From the IMG/VR virus record IMGVR_UViG_3300008108_004630: a stretch of 64,000 nt of DNA; one strand, given 5' to 3'. Both the position numbers and the translations under genes were made by a program. Under the pieces are notes generated by a model, which was not told the DNA's origin, ran no database searches, and was given only the letters and a program-made list of their open reading frames with translations. This document shows, in pieces, positions 16,421 to 26,469 of this stretch; position 1 is the first letter of the stretch; each line of letters begins with the position of its first letter. The stretch comes from an uncultured virus (IMG/VR IMGVR_UViG_3300008108_004630) (lineage: Duplodnaviria > Heunggongvirae > Uroviricota > Caudoviricetes).

Positions 16421-16764
16421 AAAGTTACCTTCAGGAAACGTTTTCTGGGGGTAACATTACTAAAGAACAATATTTTGAAATATGTCGACAAATGGGCAAA
16501 GAGCCTGTTGAGGAAGATATTCCTGTTGAACCAGGGGATTTATCTTTAGAAACTCAGCAGGCTCTTTTAATATTTAGTATTTTACCAGATAAAATTGAAG
16601 GTATGAACGGACTTTGGTTAGGCAAAGAATTTTCTGGTATAGGAGACATCTTTGATTTCTACGAAATAGAGCATAGACGAGAGGTATTTGAACTGCTAAC
16701 ATATATTATTACTGAATATGCAAAATATTACGAGAAACAAAGAGAAATAAAATCAAGGAGATAG
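15986..16764 (+). CDS. Tail assembly chaperone G-T product via programmed -1 frameshift at 16411-16417 (about 259 aa)
   Basis: X XXY YYZ heptamer AAAAAAC. The -1 frame is open (LKSYLQETFSGG...) into ORF 16492..16764. Confidence 0.85.
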
Positions 16765-16765
16765 A

Positions 16766-19700
16766 GTGGCCGGCACTATTACAACTATAGTAAGAGCTTT
16801 ATTTCAATCTCAGGGCGCTGACAAAGTAGTTTCTGATATTAATAAAGTAGGAAAAGCAGGAGAAGAAAGCGCTAAAAAGCAAACACGTTTAGGTAATGAA
16901 TCTACCAATACAGGTCGTGCCTTCTCCTCTCAGGCTTCTGGATTAGGTGGATTAGTTGCTGCCTATGCAGGAGCGGCTGCGACTACCTTTGCTTTACAAC
17001 AGGCCTTTGCTGCTTTAAAGTCAGCAGCAGATTTCCAACAAATTATTTCCGGAACAAACGCGTTAGCTGCTAGTTTTGGTCAGTCTGGTTCTCAAATTTT
17101 AAATAGTATTCAAGATATAACTAAAGGACAGCTTTCTTTAAAAGAAGCTTCTGCTGCTGCTAACTTAGCTTTATCAGCAGGGTTTAATCCTCAACAAATA
17201 AATTCACTATCAGAAGTTGCTACTAAGGCTAGTAGAACTCTGGGTAGAGATCTTACTGATTCATATAACAGATTAGTTAGAGGTGCTGCTAAATTAGAGC
17301 CTGAACTATTAGACGAACTGGGTATTTTTACAAGAATTGAACCAGCCATTGAAGCCTACGCATCTAAAACAGGAAAAGCTGCTTCTAGCTTAACTAACTT
17401 TGAACGTAGACAGGCGTTCGTTAATGCTATTATAGATGAGGGTTCTAGAAAATACTCAGAGATTAGTCTTTCTACTGATACCAGTTCGGAAGCTCTTAAT
17501 AGATTAGCAGCGCGAATAGTAGATGTTGGAAATAAACTAGGAAGTATTTTAACAGACTTTTTAGCTCCAATAGCTAACTTTTTTGGAAAAGACCTAGGTA
17601 ACTCTGTATTGATCTTCTTAGGTATCTTAACTCTTGCTCTTGGCAAGGGAAGAACTTTGTTAGAGGCTTTTTTTACAGACCTGTCTACCCGAGCTCTAGA
17701 AACCGGTGCTAGAGTTTCTTCTGCATTAACAGGACCTGCATTTACTACTAATATAGAAAAAGCTGGAGAAGCTTTAAAAGGCATTGGAGTCGGTTTAACT
17801 AAAGCAGAAGCAGCAACTATTAGATCTATTAAAGAAGGAACAGTTCAGCCTCAACAGATACAGGCACGTATAGACGAATTAAAAGCTCTACAAGAAAGGC
17901 AACAAAGTAGACAGTTCGAAAAAGGATTACAAGGTAAAGCTTTAGATCAATCTATATCTAAAGCTAATGCTGCTGCAATAGCTATCAGGGAATTAGAAGA
18001 AGCTCAAAAGAAAGCATCTAATTCTTCTGTTATAGCTGGTTCTACTTTTGAAAAATTAGGCGGAGGATTGAGTAGATTAGCCACAGGAATAAGCTCGGCT
18101 TTAGGATATTTTAATCTTTTCCTAGCTACTTTAGGTGCTGCTCAGTTAATAGGCCAGGCATTTGGTGTTGATATTTTAGGATCTATAACTAATTATTTTG
18201 TTAAATTACAAGAAACTATAAAGGCTACTGACGAAGCTTTAACAGGTTTAGTCAATGAATTGGCTAAAGAAAAACTAGGAGAGTTTAAATTTAGAGTATC
18301 TAAAAAAGATATAGAAGAAAGTGCTGATTATGCTAGAGGTATTTTGGAAGACGCTTTAACTAAAGCTAGTTCAGTTTTTGGTGCTAAATTCGAAGATTCT
18401 CTAGATACTTTTTTAAAGTCAGACATATCTACATATGATCGAATCACAGGTAATACAAAAAAAATACTTTTAGCAAAAGAAATAATACAAGAAATAGCTA
18501 AAATTAAACCAGATGCTGATTTGATAAAAATATTAACTACTGCCCCTGCAGAAGTTGGCGGTCAGACTAGTGATTATATAAAATTATTTGCTTCTGGCGA
18601 GTTGGCTAAGGGGGCTATAAATTTTGCAGATAAACAAGTTACAATACTAGATAATTCTGGAAAAATAGATAAACTTACAGGAGATTTGGCTTTAAATATA
18701 GGTTTAGGTATATCTGAATTAGCAAAATTTAACCAAGAACAAAAAACAGGATTACTAACTGCTGAATCTGCTTCTCAAAGAGTTATTGCGTTAGAAACAA
18801 GACTAAAAACTATTAGAGAAGAAGAAGAAAAAAGAAGTTTTCAGGCAGCTAAAATAGAAGATCAAAACGATAAAGCTCGACAGTTAGGTGCTTTAAGTGA
18901 TATAGCTACTCAAAGAATACGACTAGAAGAGCAATTGAAAGTAACTCAAGCAGTAGCTAAAGAACTATCTGAAAGAGAAAGAGTTAGAAAACTTGTAGAA
19001 TCTACATTTTCTTCACAGATTAAAGCATTAGAAAATCTACCTGTAAGTGGGATTATTAACCCAAATAAGACCCTAGCTAGGAGTCAAGAAGAAGTACAAA
19101 GAAATCAGATTAATCTTCTAAAAGATCTAGCAGAGGCCAGTATAAAGGCTATAGATGCAGAACAGGTAGCACTGAGTACTAATAAAAGAACTTTAGAACA
19201 GAATAAAAGTACTCTTACAAATTTACTTCAACAAGAGATATCTGGTAGAGATACTACAGAAGCTAGAGCCATAGTTTTAGCAGATATAGAAAAGTTAGAA
19301 AAAGAAATAAGCAATTCTAGTAATATAATTAATACTAGACAAGTAGAGTTGAATAAATATCTTTCTGCTCAGGTTGGCTTTATGACTGAGGCCGGTAAAC
19401 AAACATTTCAACTGTCTATTCAAGAAGAAAAAAGAACTTTACAATACCAAAAACAACTAGACGTTTTAGAAAAACAATATGAGCAATTATTAATTCAAAA
19501 TAAAATAAACCTTACACAAGCTCAAGGTGAAGCTACTCAGAGAGCAGGCCAAGCTCAAGTACGCCTATTAGAATCTAGAATTAATTATCAAAAAGAATTA
19601 GAAAAAGCAGTAGATGCTACGTTAAAATTACAACAAGCAGAGTTAGAAGTCCAAAAAAATCAAATAGATAGAACTCTTCAACTTGCAGATGCCAGAAGCG

Positions 19701-21616
19701 AATTAAATAAGGCTAGATTTGAATTAACTACTACTAAAACATTAGCCCCCCTGCAATTACAGCAAGAAACACTATCTAGAACTCCAAATCTAGTAGCTCA
19801 GGAAACTCTACTTAAATTAGAACAGGATATAGCTAATGTAAATTATGCTAGAGAACTGTCCTTAATCCAAGAACGAAAAGCGGCAGCAGAAAAAGAATTT
19901 ATAGCTTCAGAGAATAAATTAAAATTACAAGAAGAAGATTTACAAGCACAGTTAGCTGCTTTAGAAGGTAGAAAAGTATTAATAGATAATCAAAGACGTT
20001 TCGAAGATGAAGCTATAAAGAAAAGAGATGCTTTAGATAAATTAAAAATTCAAAATGAATTAGCTGTTCTTAAGTTACAAGATGATTTAGCGCGAGTTAA
20101 AGCTATAGCCGATCTTGATATAGCTCTTGATAATAAACTACAGCGAGATTTTGAATTAGATCTAGTAGCTAAGCAACTAGATTTATTACAACAGCAAAAA
20201 GAAGTATTCAAGATATTTTTATCAAGATATGAAGAATTAATAAATAGACAACTAGGTCAGGGAAGTATTTCAGCTACTAATATATTTGAAAATTTTGAAC
20301 AAGACTTAGCTAAGGCTCAAAATAGACTAATTAAGAATATAGAATTATCTAATCAAATATATAACCAAGAAAGTAGAAATATACTTGAAAGAACAAAAGG
20401 CGAACTAGACGTAAATAAGGCAAGGGCTGGCGGAGCTAGTGCAGAACTAGCAAGACTAGCAGAAATTCAAAAACAAACTGAAGAAACAACAGCCTTAGCT
20501 AGAGTAGCTGAAGATCAAGGTAGAGAAGCAGATGCAAAATTATTAAAAGATAAGATAGCTGGACTAAAAACTGAAGCTAACTTAGCTTCTATTAGATATG
20601 ATACCACTATAGCTCAGGCTGCTAAAGATGAAGTAATAGCTGCTCAAGCATACGCTTCTAAACTTCAAGAAATAGCAGACCAAAGAAATAAAGTTAAACA
20701 ACTTTTTGAAGATATTAGTAGAGGTATTAAAGAAAACCTATCTACAGCAGTATTAGATTTCTTTAAAGCTATCAACCAAGGTATTCCTACTATTCAAGCT
20801 TTTAGAGAAGGTATGCAGAAGTTAGCTATTAGTGTTGCAGAAACTATCCAAACAGCTATTTTAAAGAAATTCTTAATTGAGCCTTTACAGAATTTGGTTG
20901 GAGGCGCTATTGGTTCTCTATATACTGCTATAACAGGAGACCAGCTAGCCAAAACAGGTGATCAAATATTGCAGAGTGTATTTACAGGTAATGCCCTTAG
21001 AGTTACAATGGTCGGAGCAGGTGGTCCTGCTCCTGGACAAACTGGAGCAGCGGGAGTTACTTCTACGAACGGCCCACAAACAGTAGGAGGTATGCCTGCA
21101 GCTACTAACGAAGCAGCGCAGGCATCACAAGGATTCGGTGATAAGCTAAAAGAGCTAGGGGTTAACTTTCAGACAGTAGGAACTGTAGCTGCTACTACTT
21201 TTGCGGCTACTTTAGCAGCTACTCGTGATTGGAAAAAAGCATTTATCTATACTGTAGTAAGTGCTCTAGGAACTGCTTTAACTCAAATAGCTACTAAACA
21301 ATTATTTAGTGGCGCAGCAGGAGCTGGAGGAGCTGGTTTATTTAGTGGAATAGGCAGCTGGTTTAGCGGATTATTTAGTGGGCCTACTCCTGCAGGTGTT
21401 ATGCCTAGCCTCTCTGGACCTTTATATAGTTCGGTCGGAGGACCTGTAAAACACATGGCCGCTGGCGGATATGCGGGTCTAAGAGACCGAGTTCCCGCAC
21501 TATTGGAACCTGGTGAGTTTGTCATTCGTCGTCCAGCCGCTATGGCCATAGGAGGACAAACCCTTAATCAGATGAATGCAACTGGACAACTATACTTCTA
21601 CAGGTTTGACTACTAG
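16766..21616 (+). CDS. Tail tape measure protein (C-terminus possibly truncated)
   Basis: 1616 aa, Ala/Gln/Glu-rich coiled coil, KLEPELLDELGI, hydrophobic segments, C-terminal DRVPALLEPGEFV. Confidence 0.93.
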   Translation: MAGTITTIVRALFQSQGADKVVSDINKVGKAGEESAKKQTRLGNESTNTGRAFSSQASGLGGLVAAYAGAAATTFALQQAFAALKSAADFQQIISGTNALAASFGQSGSQILNSIQDITKGQLSLKEASAAANLALSAGFNPQQINSLSEVATKASRTLGRDLTDSYNRLVRGAAKLEPELLDELGIFTRIEPAIEAYASKTGKAASSLTNFERRQAFVNAIIDEGSRKYSEISLSTDTSSEALNRLAARIVDVGNKLGSILTDFLAPIANFFGKDLGNSVLIFLGILTLALGKGRTLLEAFFTDLSTRALETGARVSSALTGPAFTTNIEKAGEALKGIGVGLTKAEAATIRSIKEGTVQPQQIQARIDELKALQERQQSRQFEKGLQGKALDQSISKANAAAIAIRELEEAQKKASNSSVIAGSTFEKLGGGLSRLATGISSALGYFNLFLATLGAAQLIGQAFGVDILGSITNYFVKLQETIKATDEALTGLVNELAKEKLGEFKFRVSKKDIEESADYARGILEDALTKASSVFGAKFEDSLDTFLKSDISTYDRITGNTKKILLAKEIIQEIAKIKPDADLIKILTTAPAEVGGQTSDYIKLFASGELAKGAINFADKQVTILDNSGKIDKLTGDLALNIGLGISELAKFNQEQKTGLLTAESASQRVIALETRLKTIREEEEKRSFQAAKIEDQNDKARQLGALSDIATQRIRLEEQLKVTQAVAKELSERERVRKLVESTFSSQIKALENLPVSGIINPNKTLARSQEEVQRNQINLLKDLAEASIKAIDAEQVALSTNKRTLEQNKSTLTNLLQQEISGRDTTEARAIVLADIEKLEKEISNSSNIINTRQVELNKYLSAQVGFMTEAGKQTFQLSIQEEKRTLQYQKQLDVLEKQYEQLLIQNKINLTQAQGEATQRAGQAQVRLLESRINYQKELEKAVDATLKLQQAELEVQKNQIDRTLQLADARSELNKARFELTTTKTLAPLQLQQETLSRTPNLVAQETLLKLEQDIANVNYARELSLIQERKAAAEKEFIASENKLKLQEEDLQAQLAALEGRKVLIDNQRRFEDEAIKKRDALDKLKIQNELAVLKLQDDLARVKAIADLDIALDNKLQRDFELDLVAKQLDLLQQQKEVFKIFLSRYEELINRQLGQGSISATNIFENFEQDLAKAQNRLIKNIELSNQIYNQESRNILERTKGELDVNKARAGGASAELARLAEIQKQTEETTALARVAEDQGREADAKLLKDKIAGLKTEANLASIRYDTTIAQAAKDEVIAAQAYASKLQEIADQRNKVKQLFEDISRGIKENLSTAVLDFFKAINQGIPTIQAFREGMQKLAISVAETIQTAILKKFLIEPLQNLVGGAIGSLYTAITGDQLAKTGDQILQSVFTGNALRVTMVGAGGPAPGQTGAAGVTSTNGPQTVGGMPAATNEAAQASQGFGDKLKELGVNFQTVGTVAATTFAATLAATRDWKKAFIYTVVSALGTALTQIATKQLFSGAAGAGGAGLFSGIGSWFSGLFSGPTPAGVMPSLSGPLYSSVGGPVKHMAAGGYAGLRDRVPALLEPGEFVIRRPAAMAIGGQTLNQMNATGQLYFYRFDY

Positions 21617-22463
21617 TTTTAATATAGGCCGCTATGTCGGCACTCCGGCCGAAGTCGCTATAGTAGTTGACGGAATAGTACAGGCCTATAATAGCTATAC
21701 TCTATCTAATAATAAAGGAACGGTTAATTTTATAGTAGCTCCAGGTGCTACGAGTCTAGAGATAAAAACTTTAGCAGTGCCAGATTTTCTGAAAATAACT
21801 AAAGATAGTCTTCAGATCTCTCCTATATTTTATAGTAATAGCTCAGTTCTTAGTTATAATGGAAATAATTATCAGATAAATGGGTCTAGAACTGCATGGG
21901 CTATCACAGGAACTCCTGCTGAGGCAAATCAGATGATGGTATCTGTAGACGGTGTCGTTCAAAATCCATCAGCATATACTTTTCCAAGTTCTACCTTAGG
22001 TAGTTATGGTATAGATATATCTCCGGCACTAGCTTCAAATGTTGCTAATTTAGATATCCGAGTTTTTTCCGGCACCTCTACGCAAGTAGAAAGATTTACT
22101 ACTATGTCTGATAGAAAACCAGATCGTGGCTTCTCTACTGATAAACAATTTGATACTTTAACTTTCGAGAGTCAGGCAGGATATGAGACTAGACGTCTGC
22201 GCAGTCGTCGTCCTCGTCGTAATTATAATCTTACCTATACAAACATATCTGGAGTTCATAAAATAGCTATAGATAATTTCTATAATGCTAGAAGTGGTGA
22301 TTATGAATCTTTTGTATTCGATCTTAGCCATATTAATGATAGCGGCTCTGTAACTGTTCGTTTTGACGGTCCTGTTCAGACTACTCATGTGGCTAGTTCT
22401 GGATCACAACCTTCTCAAAATTTCTATACTGTTAGCATGAAGCTAAAAGAGGTATTTAGTTAA
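21576..22463 (+). CDS. Distal tail protein (Dit/gpM-like) with N-terminal repeat domains; start uncertain
   Basis: C-terminal PDRGFS...FESQAGYETR. Two internal repeats, VVDGIVQ and SVDGVVQ. Confidence 0.7.
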   Translation: MQLDNYTSTGLTTSFNIGRYVGTPAEVAIVVDGIVQAYNSYTLSNNKGTVNFIVAPGATSLEIKTLAVPDFLKITKDSLQISPIFYSNSSVLSYNGNNYQINGSRTAWAITGTPAEANQMMVSVDGVVQNPSAYTFPSSTLGSYGIDISPALASNVANLDIRVFSGTSTQVERFTTMSDRKPDRGFSTDKQFDTLTFESQAGYETRRLRSRRPRRNYNLTYTNISGVHKIAIDNFYNARSGDYESFVFDLSHINDSGSVTVRFDGPVQTTHVASSGSQPSQNFYTVSMKLKEVFS

Positions 22464-24001
22464 TGACTTCTAGAAACTACGACTACATATTAAAAGTAAA
22501 TACAACTACAGGGTTTAAGGCCGGTAATACTATTATAGGCGTTACTTCTCTAACAGAGGCAATCATAGCCAATGTAGATGTAGCTACTAGTAATATTAAG
22601 GTAAAACTATCTAATACGATTGCTGAATTTCACGTTGGTGAACAGATATTCAGTAACTACATAGTTAAGACTACTAGTTCTAATACTCATGACATAGGCA
22701 ACACTACTTCTACTTACACTCAACAAACTACAGGAACTGCTACGGTTAGTGCTATTAACGTAAGCAAGTTTATTAAAGAGAAGAATAGTTTTGAGCAAAA
22801 GCCGCTGGTTAGACTATATACTATATATTATCCTGGAGAGTGGTATCCTACTAATGAATATGGTAATCCAAGTGGAGACGGAGCAGGACTTGTCTGGCCT
22901 TATAGTTTTCCATTTAAATTCGCTGAAATTCGCGGAGATTATATCTCAGACATAAACTATAGAGTTCATATGGGTGGTCAGGAGTTTATACCATATCCTA
23001 TTAACAGCGGTGTCTTAAGCACAGATTCGTCTGGTAAAATAAATGACCTATCTATTACAGTATCTAACTTTGATAATCTTATAGGATCTCTTGTAGAAAA
23101 CCCATTTCTTGTAGGTAATAATAGTACAGGATCTACCACTGCTTATGTTAACGGAGAATTAGTAAACGGCATAGATCCTAGAACAGTTCCTTCACATGGT
23201 AGTTACGATGCTAGCGTAAGGGAAGCCAGAGGACTTAATGCAGCATTTGATTATGATTCCACTTTATCTACTGGCGGAACTTGGACTAAACTAAAATTAG
23301 ATTCTAGAGATCTCCTTGGTGCTGTTGTAGAGATAAAAACTACTTTTGCCAATTTTCTCGATGTGTGGCCTGAATACAGCACCGTATCAACTGAATCTTA
23401 TAATGGATCTTCAAGTAATTTAATTAATATGGTAACTACTTTACCTTATAGAGTAGGAGATATTGTTACCAATAGTGTGACAGGTTCTAATAAATTTGAA
23501 ATAGTAGCAATTAATCACCCATATCTAGTATGTAATACAGATGTAGGCGCTAATTTTATACCAGGATCTAACGTATTTATAGTAAATCAAGAACGTGATT
23601 CTGAAAACTATGTGCTAGATACTTTTAAAATTGATAGTCTTAGTGAATTAAATGAGCAAACTGCAACATTTTCATTAACCAGTTGGTTACAGTATTTTAA
23701 ATTACAATTACCTAGACGTAAATTCTATAAGAATGTCTGCCCTTGGGTGTATAAAGGAAGTGAGTGTCAGTATCCTACTGGCGGAACAGGTCTCATACCT
23801 GGATCTAACACTTTAATTGTATCTAATGGAACCTTATTAGCAGACGGAGCTACTGCTAATGGATTTTTTAATATTCGTAATGAAACTGTATACACTTTAT
23901 CAGAAGACGTATGCGCTAAAAACTTACAGGCTTGTGAGTTACGAGGTAATCAATTTCATTTTGGAGGATTTCCTGGCACAGGAGGGACTTTACCAAGATA
24001 A
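22463..24001 (+). CDS. Tail tip hub protein, lambda gpL-like (Fe-S cysteine motif)
   Basis: LPRRK...CPWVYKGSECQY...DVCAKNLQACELR...FGGFPG. Confidence 0.85.
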   Translation: MTSRNYDYILKVNTTTGFKAGNTIIGVTSLTEAIIANVDVATSNIKVKLSNTIAEFHVGEQIFSNYIVKTTSSNTHDIGNTTSTYTQQTTGTATVSAINVSKFIKEKNSFEQKPLVRLYTIYYPGEWYPTNEYGNPSGDGAGLVWPYSFPFKFAEIRGDYISDINYRVHMGGQEFIPYPINSGVLSTDSSGKINDLSITVSNFDNLIGSLVENPFLVGNNSTGSTTAYVNGELVNGIDPRTVPSHGSYDASVREARGLNAAFDYDSTLSTGGTWTKLKLDSRDLLGAVVEIKTTFANFLDVWPEYSTVSTESYNGSSSNLINMVTTLPYRVGDIVTNSVTGSNKFEIVAINHPYLVCNTDVGANFIPGSNVFIVNQERDSENYVLDTFKIDSLSELNEQTATFSLTSWLQYFKLQLPRRKFYKNVCPWVYKGSECQYPTGGTGLIPGSNTLIVSNGTLLADGATANGFFNIRNETVYTLSEDVCAKNLQACELRGNQFHFGGFPGTGGTLPR

Positions 24002-24387
24002 TGGATTGGACTACATACTTATACCTGCCCTATGAAAGTTATAACTGTTTGACTCTTATAGAGAAGATATGTGAAGATCAAGGATATAGTATTCAAGGTA
24101 TAGAAGAGATGGCTCAGTATCATTTCAAACATAACTGGGGCGCTTCAGTATCCTACAAAGATATAGATAGATTTATTACACTTAATCAAGCAAAATTAGT
24201 AAATCTTTCAGACATACAAGAATTTGATATTATTCTTTTTAAATTGCGAGATATTAGACCACAACATTTCGGTGTTTATATTGGATTAAATAGATTTATT
24301 CATCATAGAAAATACATAAAAATTGATGAACTTAATCAAGAATATAGAGATAAGATAAAGTATATAATTAGATGGAAAGATATTTAA
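24001..24387 (+). CDS. NlpC/P60-like protein 1 (gpK C-terminal-like)
   Basis: YNCLTLI...HFGVY...FIHH. Confidence 0.75.
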   Translation: MDWTTYLYLPYESYNCLTLIEKICEDQGYSIQGIEEMAQYHFKHNWGASVSYKDIDRFITLNQAKLVNLSDIQEFDIILFKLRDIRPQHFGVYIGLNRFIHHRKYIKIDELNQEYRDKIKYIIRWKDI

Positions 24388-24794
24388 AATACGAAGGATT
24401 TCCCTATAAACATTTAGGAGATAATCCAGATATAGGTATAGATTGTTTTAATCTCGTTCGATGGGTATATAAACACGAATTAGGTATAGAGATACCTCTA
24501 TCTACTGCAGATTTTTGTAGTAATCCAGAAGAAAAATGGTATATAGAAACTAATAACCATTTGTTTGGTAAGCCTAGTGCTGAGAGAGCTGGGTTTAGGT
24601 CTGTTAAAACTCCGAAAGAATACGATATGATTATTATGTCTATTGGAACTACCAATATTGCTAATCACTGCGCTCTCTATCTTGGTAAAGATAAAATTCT
24701 ACAGACTATGATAGGTAATAACAGTTGGATAGCTCCTTACGGTAGATATTATAAACAATATACGGTGGATATTTATAGATGGCATCAGTTTTAG
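24372..24794 (+). CDS. NlpC/P60-like protein 2
   Basis: GFPY..GIDCFNLV...NHCALY. Confidence 0.8.
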   Translation: MERYLKYEGFPYKHLGDNPDIGIDCFNLVRWVYKHELGIEIPLSTADFCSNPEEKWYIETNNHLFGKPSAERAGFRSVKTPKEYDMIIMSIGTTNIANHCALYLGKDKILQTMIGNNSWIAPYGRYYKQYTVDIYRWHQF

Positions 24795-25150
24795 AAAAAT
24801 TAAAAGATCAAATGACTACTCATTTTATTAATGAGTATCCTAGGGAGGCATGCGGTATAATAACTACTGACTGGGAGTATGTGCCTTGTAAAAATATCAG
24901 CGGATCTCCAAAAACTAATTTTATCTTAGATCCTGTTAGTTTATTACAATATGAAGATACTACGTGGGGCATAGTTCATTCTCATCCAGGAAGTGATAAT
25001 CCTATACCTAGCGAAGAAGATATGGCCAGCACAGTTTTCGACTGCTACAAGTTTATAGTAGGGTTCAATAACCGTTTCTATATTTATTGGTATGATAAAA
25101 AACTAAAATCTCTTATGTATGAAGAGTTAGAAGAGCGACATCTTGTCTAA
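24779..25150 (+). CDS. JAB/MPN+ metalloprotease (gpK N-terminal-like)
   Basis: Intact JAMM motif: PREACG...VHSHP...PSEED. Confidence 0.9.
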   Translation: MASVLEKLKDQMTTHFINEYPREACGIITTDWEYVPCKNISGSPKTNFILDPVSLLQYEDTTWGIVHSHPGSDNPIPSEEDMASTVFDCYKFIVGFNNRFYIYWYDKKLKSLMYEELEERHLV

Positions 25151-25922
25151 TGTAACCGTATCATTTCATAAAAGTCTTTTACCTTACACTAATGGTATCA
25201 AACAATTAGAAATGACGACAGATGTCATCTATTTCTTGTTTTTAAACTCTCTGAATCTATTTCCCGAGTTAGAACGTCTTGTAAGACATGCACGATTTAG
25301 TAAGCTTGAAGAGATAGCTATAATCCATAAAGGTAAGTGTCTATCTCCCGAAGAGTTTTTATTCTTAGCTAAAGATGGAGAGACTTATCATATAGTTCCT
25401 ATTTTTCGTGGTAGTGGACTTGAAGCTATGGCTATAGGTTTTGCCATAGGTTTTGCCACTAGCTTTACTATATCTTTAGTGCAGGGAGCAAGTTTCGGTC
25501 AAGCTTTACTAAGAGGTTTAATAGGCGGAGCTGCAGGCGCCTTAGGGGCTGGAGCCTTTCAATCTTTTGGGACGGTTGCTTTAGAGGGAGCATCTTTAGC
25601 TACCGGTGGATTTGCTGCCTCAGGTATAACAGCCCCAACAGTAGGATCTTATCTAGCCGCAGGACTTGCAAGCGCAGTGGGTAGTATAGCTCAAAATGTA
25701 TTAGTTCCTATTAAACCTAAAATTAAAAGTATGGATTCTGCTGATTCTGGAGATAGGCGTAATAATGATGCTTTTGATAGCCAAATAAATACTGTGCACC
25801 CAAATCAATCTATACCACTTAATTATGGTATGTTAAGAGTAGCAGGGCAAATTATTAGTGCAGATGTAGATACTATATCTCACGATAAAGGTGCTATAAT
25901 ATCGGTGGCAAGCTATGTATAA
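25143..25922 (+). CDS. Tail assembly protein I-like, copy 1 (ubiquitin-like N-domain, Gly/Ala-rich hydrophobic middle)
   Basis: N-domain ends HIVPIFRGSG. C-terminal IPLNYGMLRVAGQIIS motif typical of gpI. Confidence 0.75.
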   Translation: MSNVTVSFHKSLLPYTNGIKQLEMTTDVIYFLFLNSLNLFPELERLVRHARFSKLEEIAIIHKGKCLSPEEFLFLAKDGETYHIVPIFRGSGLEAMAIGFAIGFATSFTISLVQGASFGQALLRGLIGGAAGALGAGAFQSFGTVALEGASLATGGFAASGITAPTVGSYLAAGLASAVGSIAQNVLVPIKPKIKSMDSADSGDRRNNDAFDSQINTVHPNQSIPLNYGMLRVAGQIISADVDTISHDKGAIISVASYV

Positions 25923-26469
25923 TATACGCTTTCATAAAATATTATTACCATCCAATTCACAAACCCAAATATCAGCTGATATTCATAAAGTATCGGATCT
26001 TTTGTCTTATATTAAGAATCTTTATCCAAGTCTGGACAAATCTAGAATATTATTATTAACTACGGAATTTAAACCATTTCCAGATGCCTGGTTAACTAGA
26101 GACGAGATACCAGATGATCAAACGGGGTGTTATATAGTTCCTTTAATATGTGGAAACTTAGAGACAATAACAGCTTCTGTAGTAGGACAGGCTGTCGTAA
26201 GAGCAGTAGTAGGAACAGTTATTAGCTTTGCTCTAGGCGCAGTTATACAAGCTATTATGCCTAAGCCAAAAAGATCTGATACAGGTATAACAGATCAGGA
26301 TAGAAGAAATAATGATGCTTTCGATGGTATAATAAATACAGTTGACAGCAGTAATTCTATACCTTTAAACTATGGTATGTTGAGAGTTGGCGGCCAGATT
26401 ATTAGTGCGGATGTAAATACTATTAATCACGAAAAAGGTGATGTAATTAATGTATCAAGCTATGTATAA
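25915..26469 (+). CDS. Tail assembly protein I-like, copy 2
   Basis: YIVPLICGN. C-terminus nearly identical to copy 1 (DRRNNDAFD...IPLNYGMLRV.GQIISADV). Confidence 0.75.
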   Translation: MYNIRFHKILLPSNSQTQISADIHKVSDLLSYIKNLYPSLDKSRILLLTTEFKPFPDAWLTRDEIPDDQTGCYIVPLICGNLETITASVVGQAVVRAVVGTVISFALGAVIQAIMPKPKRSDTGITDQDRRNNDAFDGIINTVDSSNSIPLNYGMLRVGGQIISADVNTINHEKGDVINVSSYV

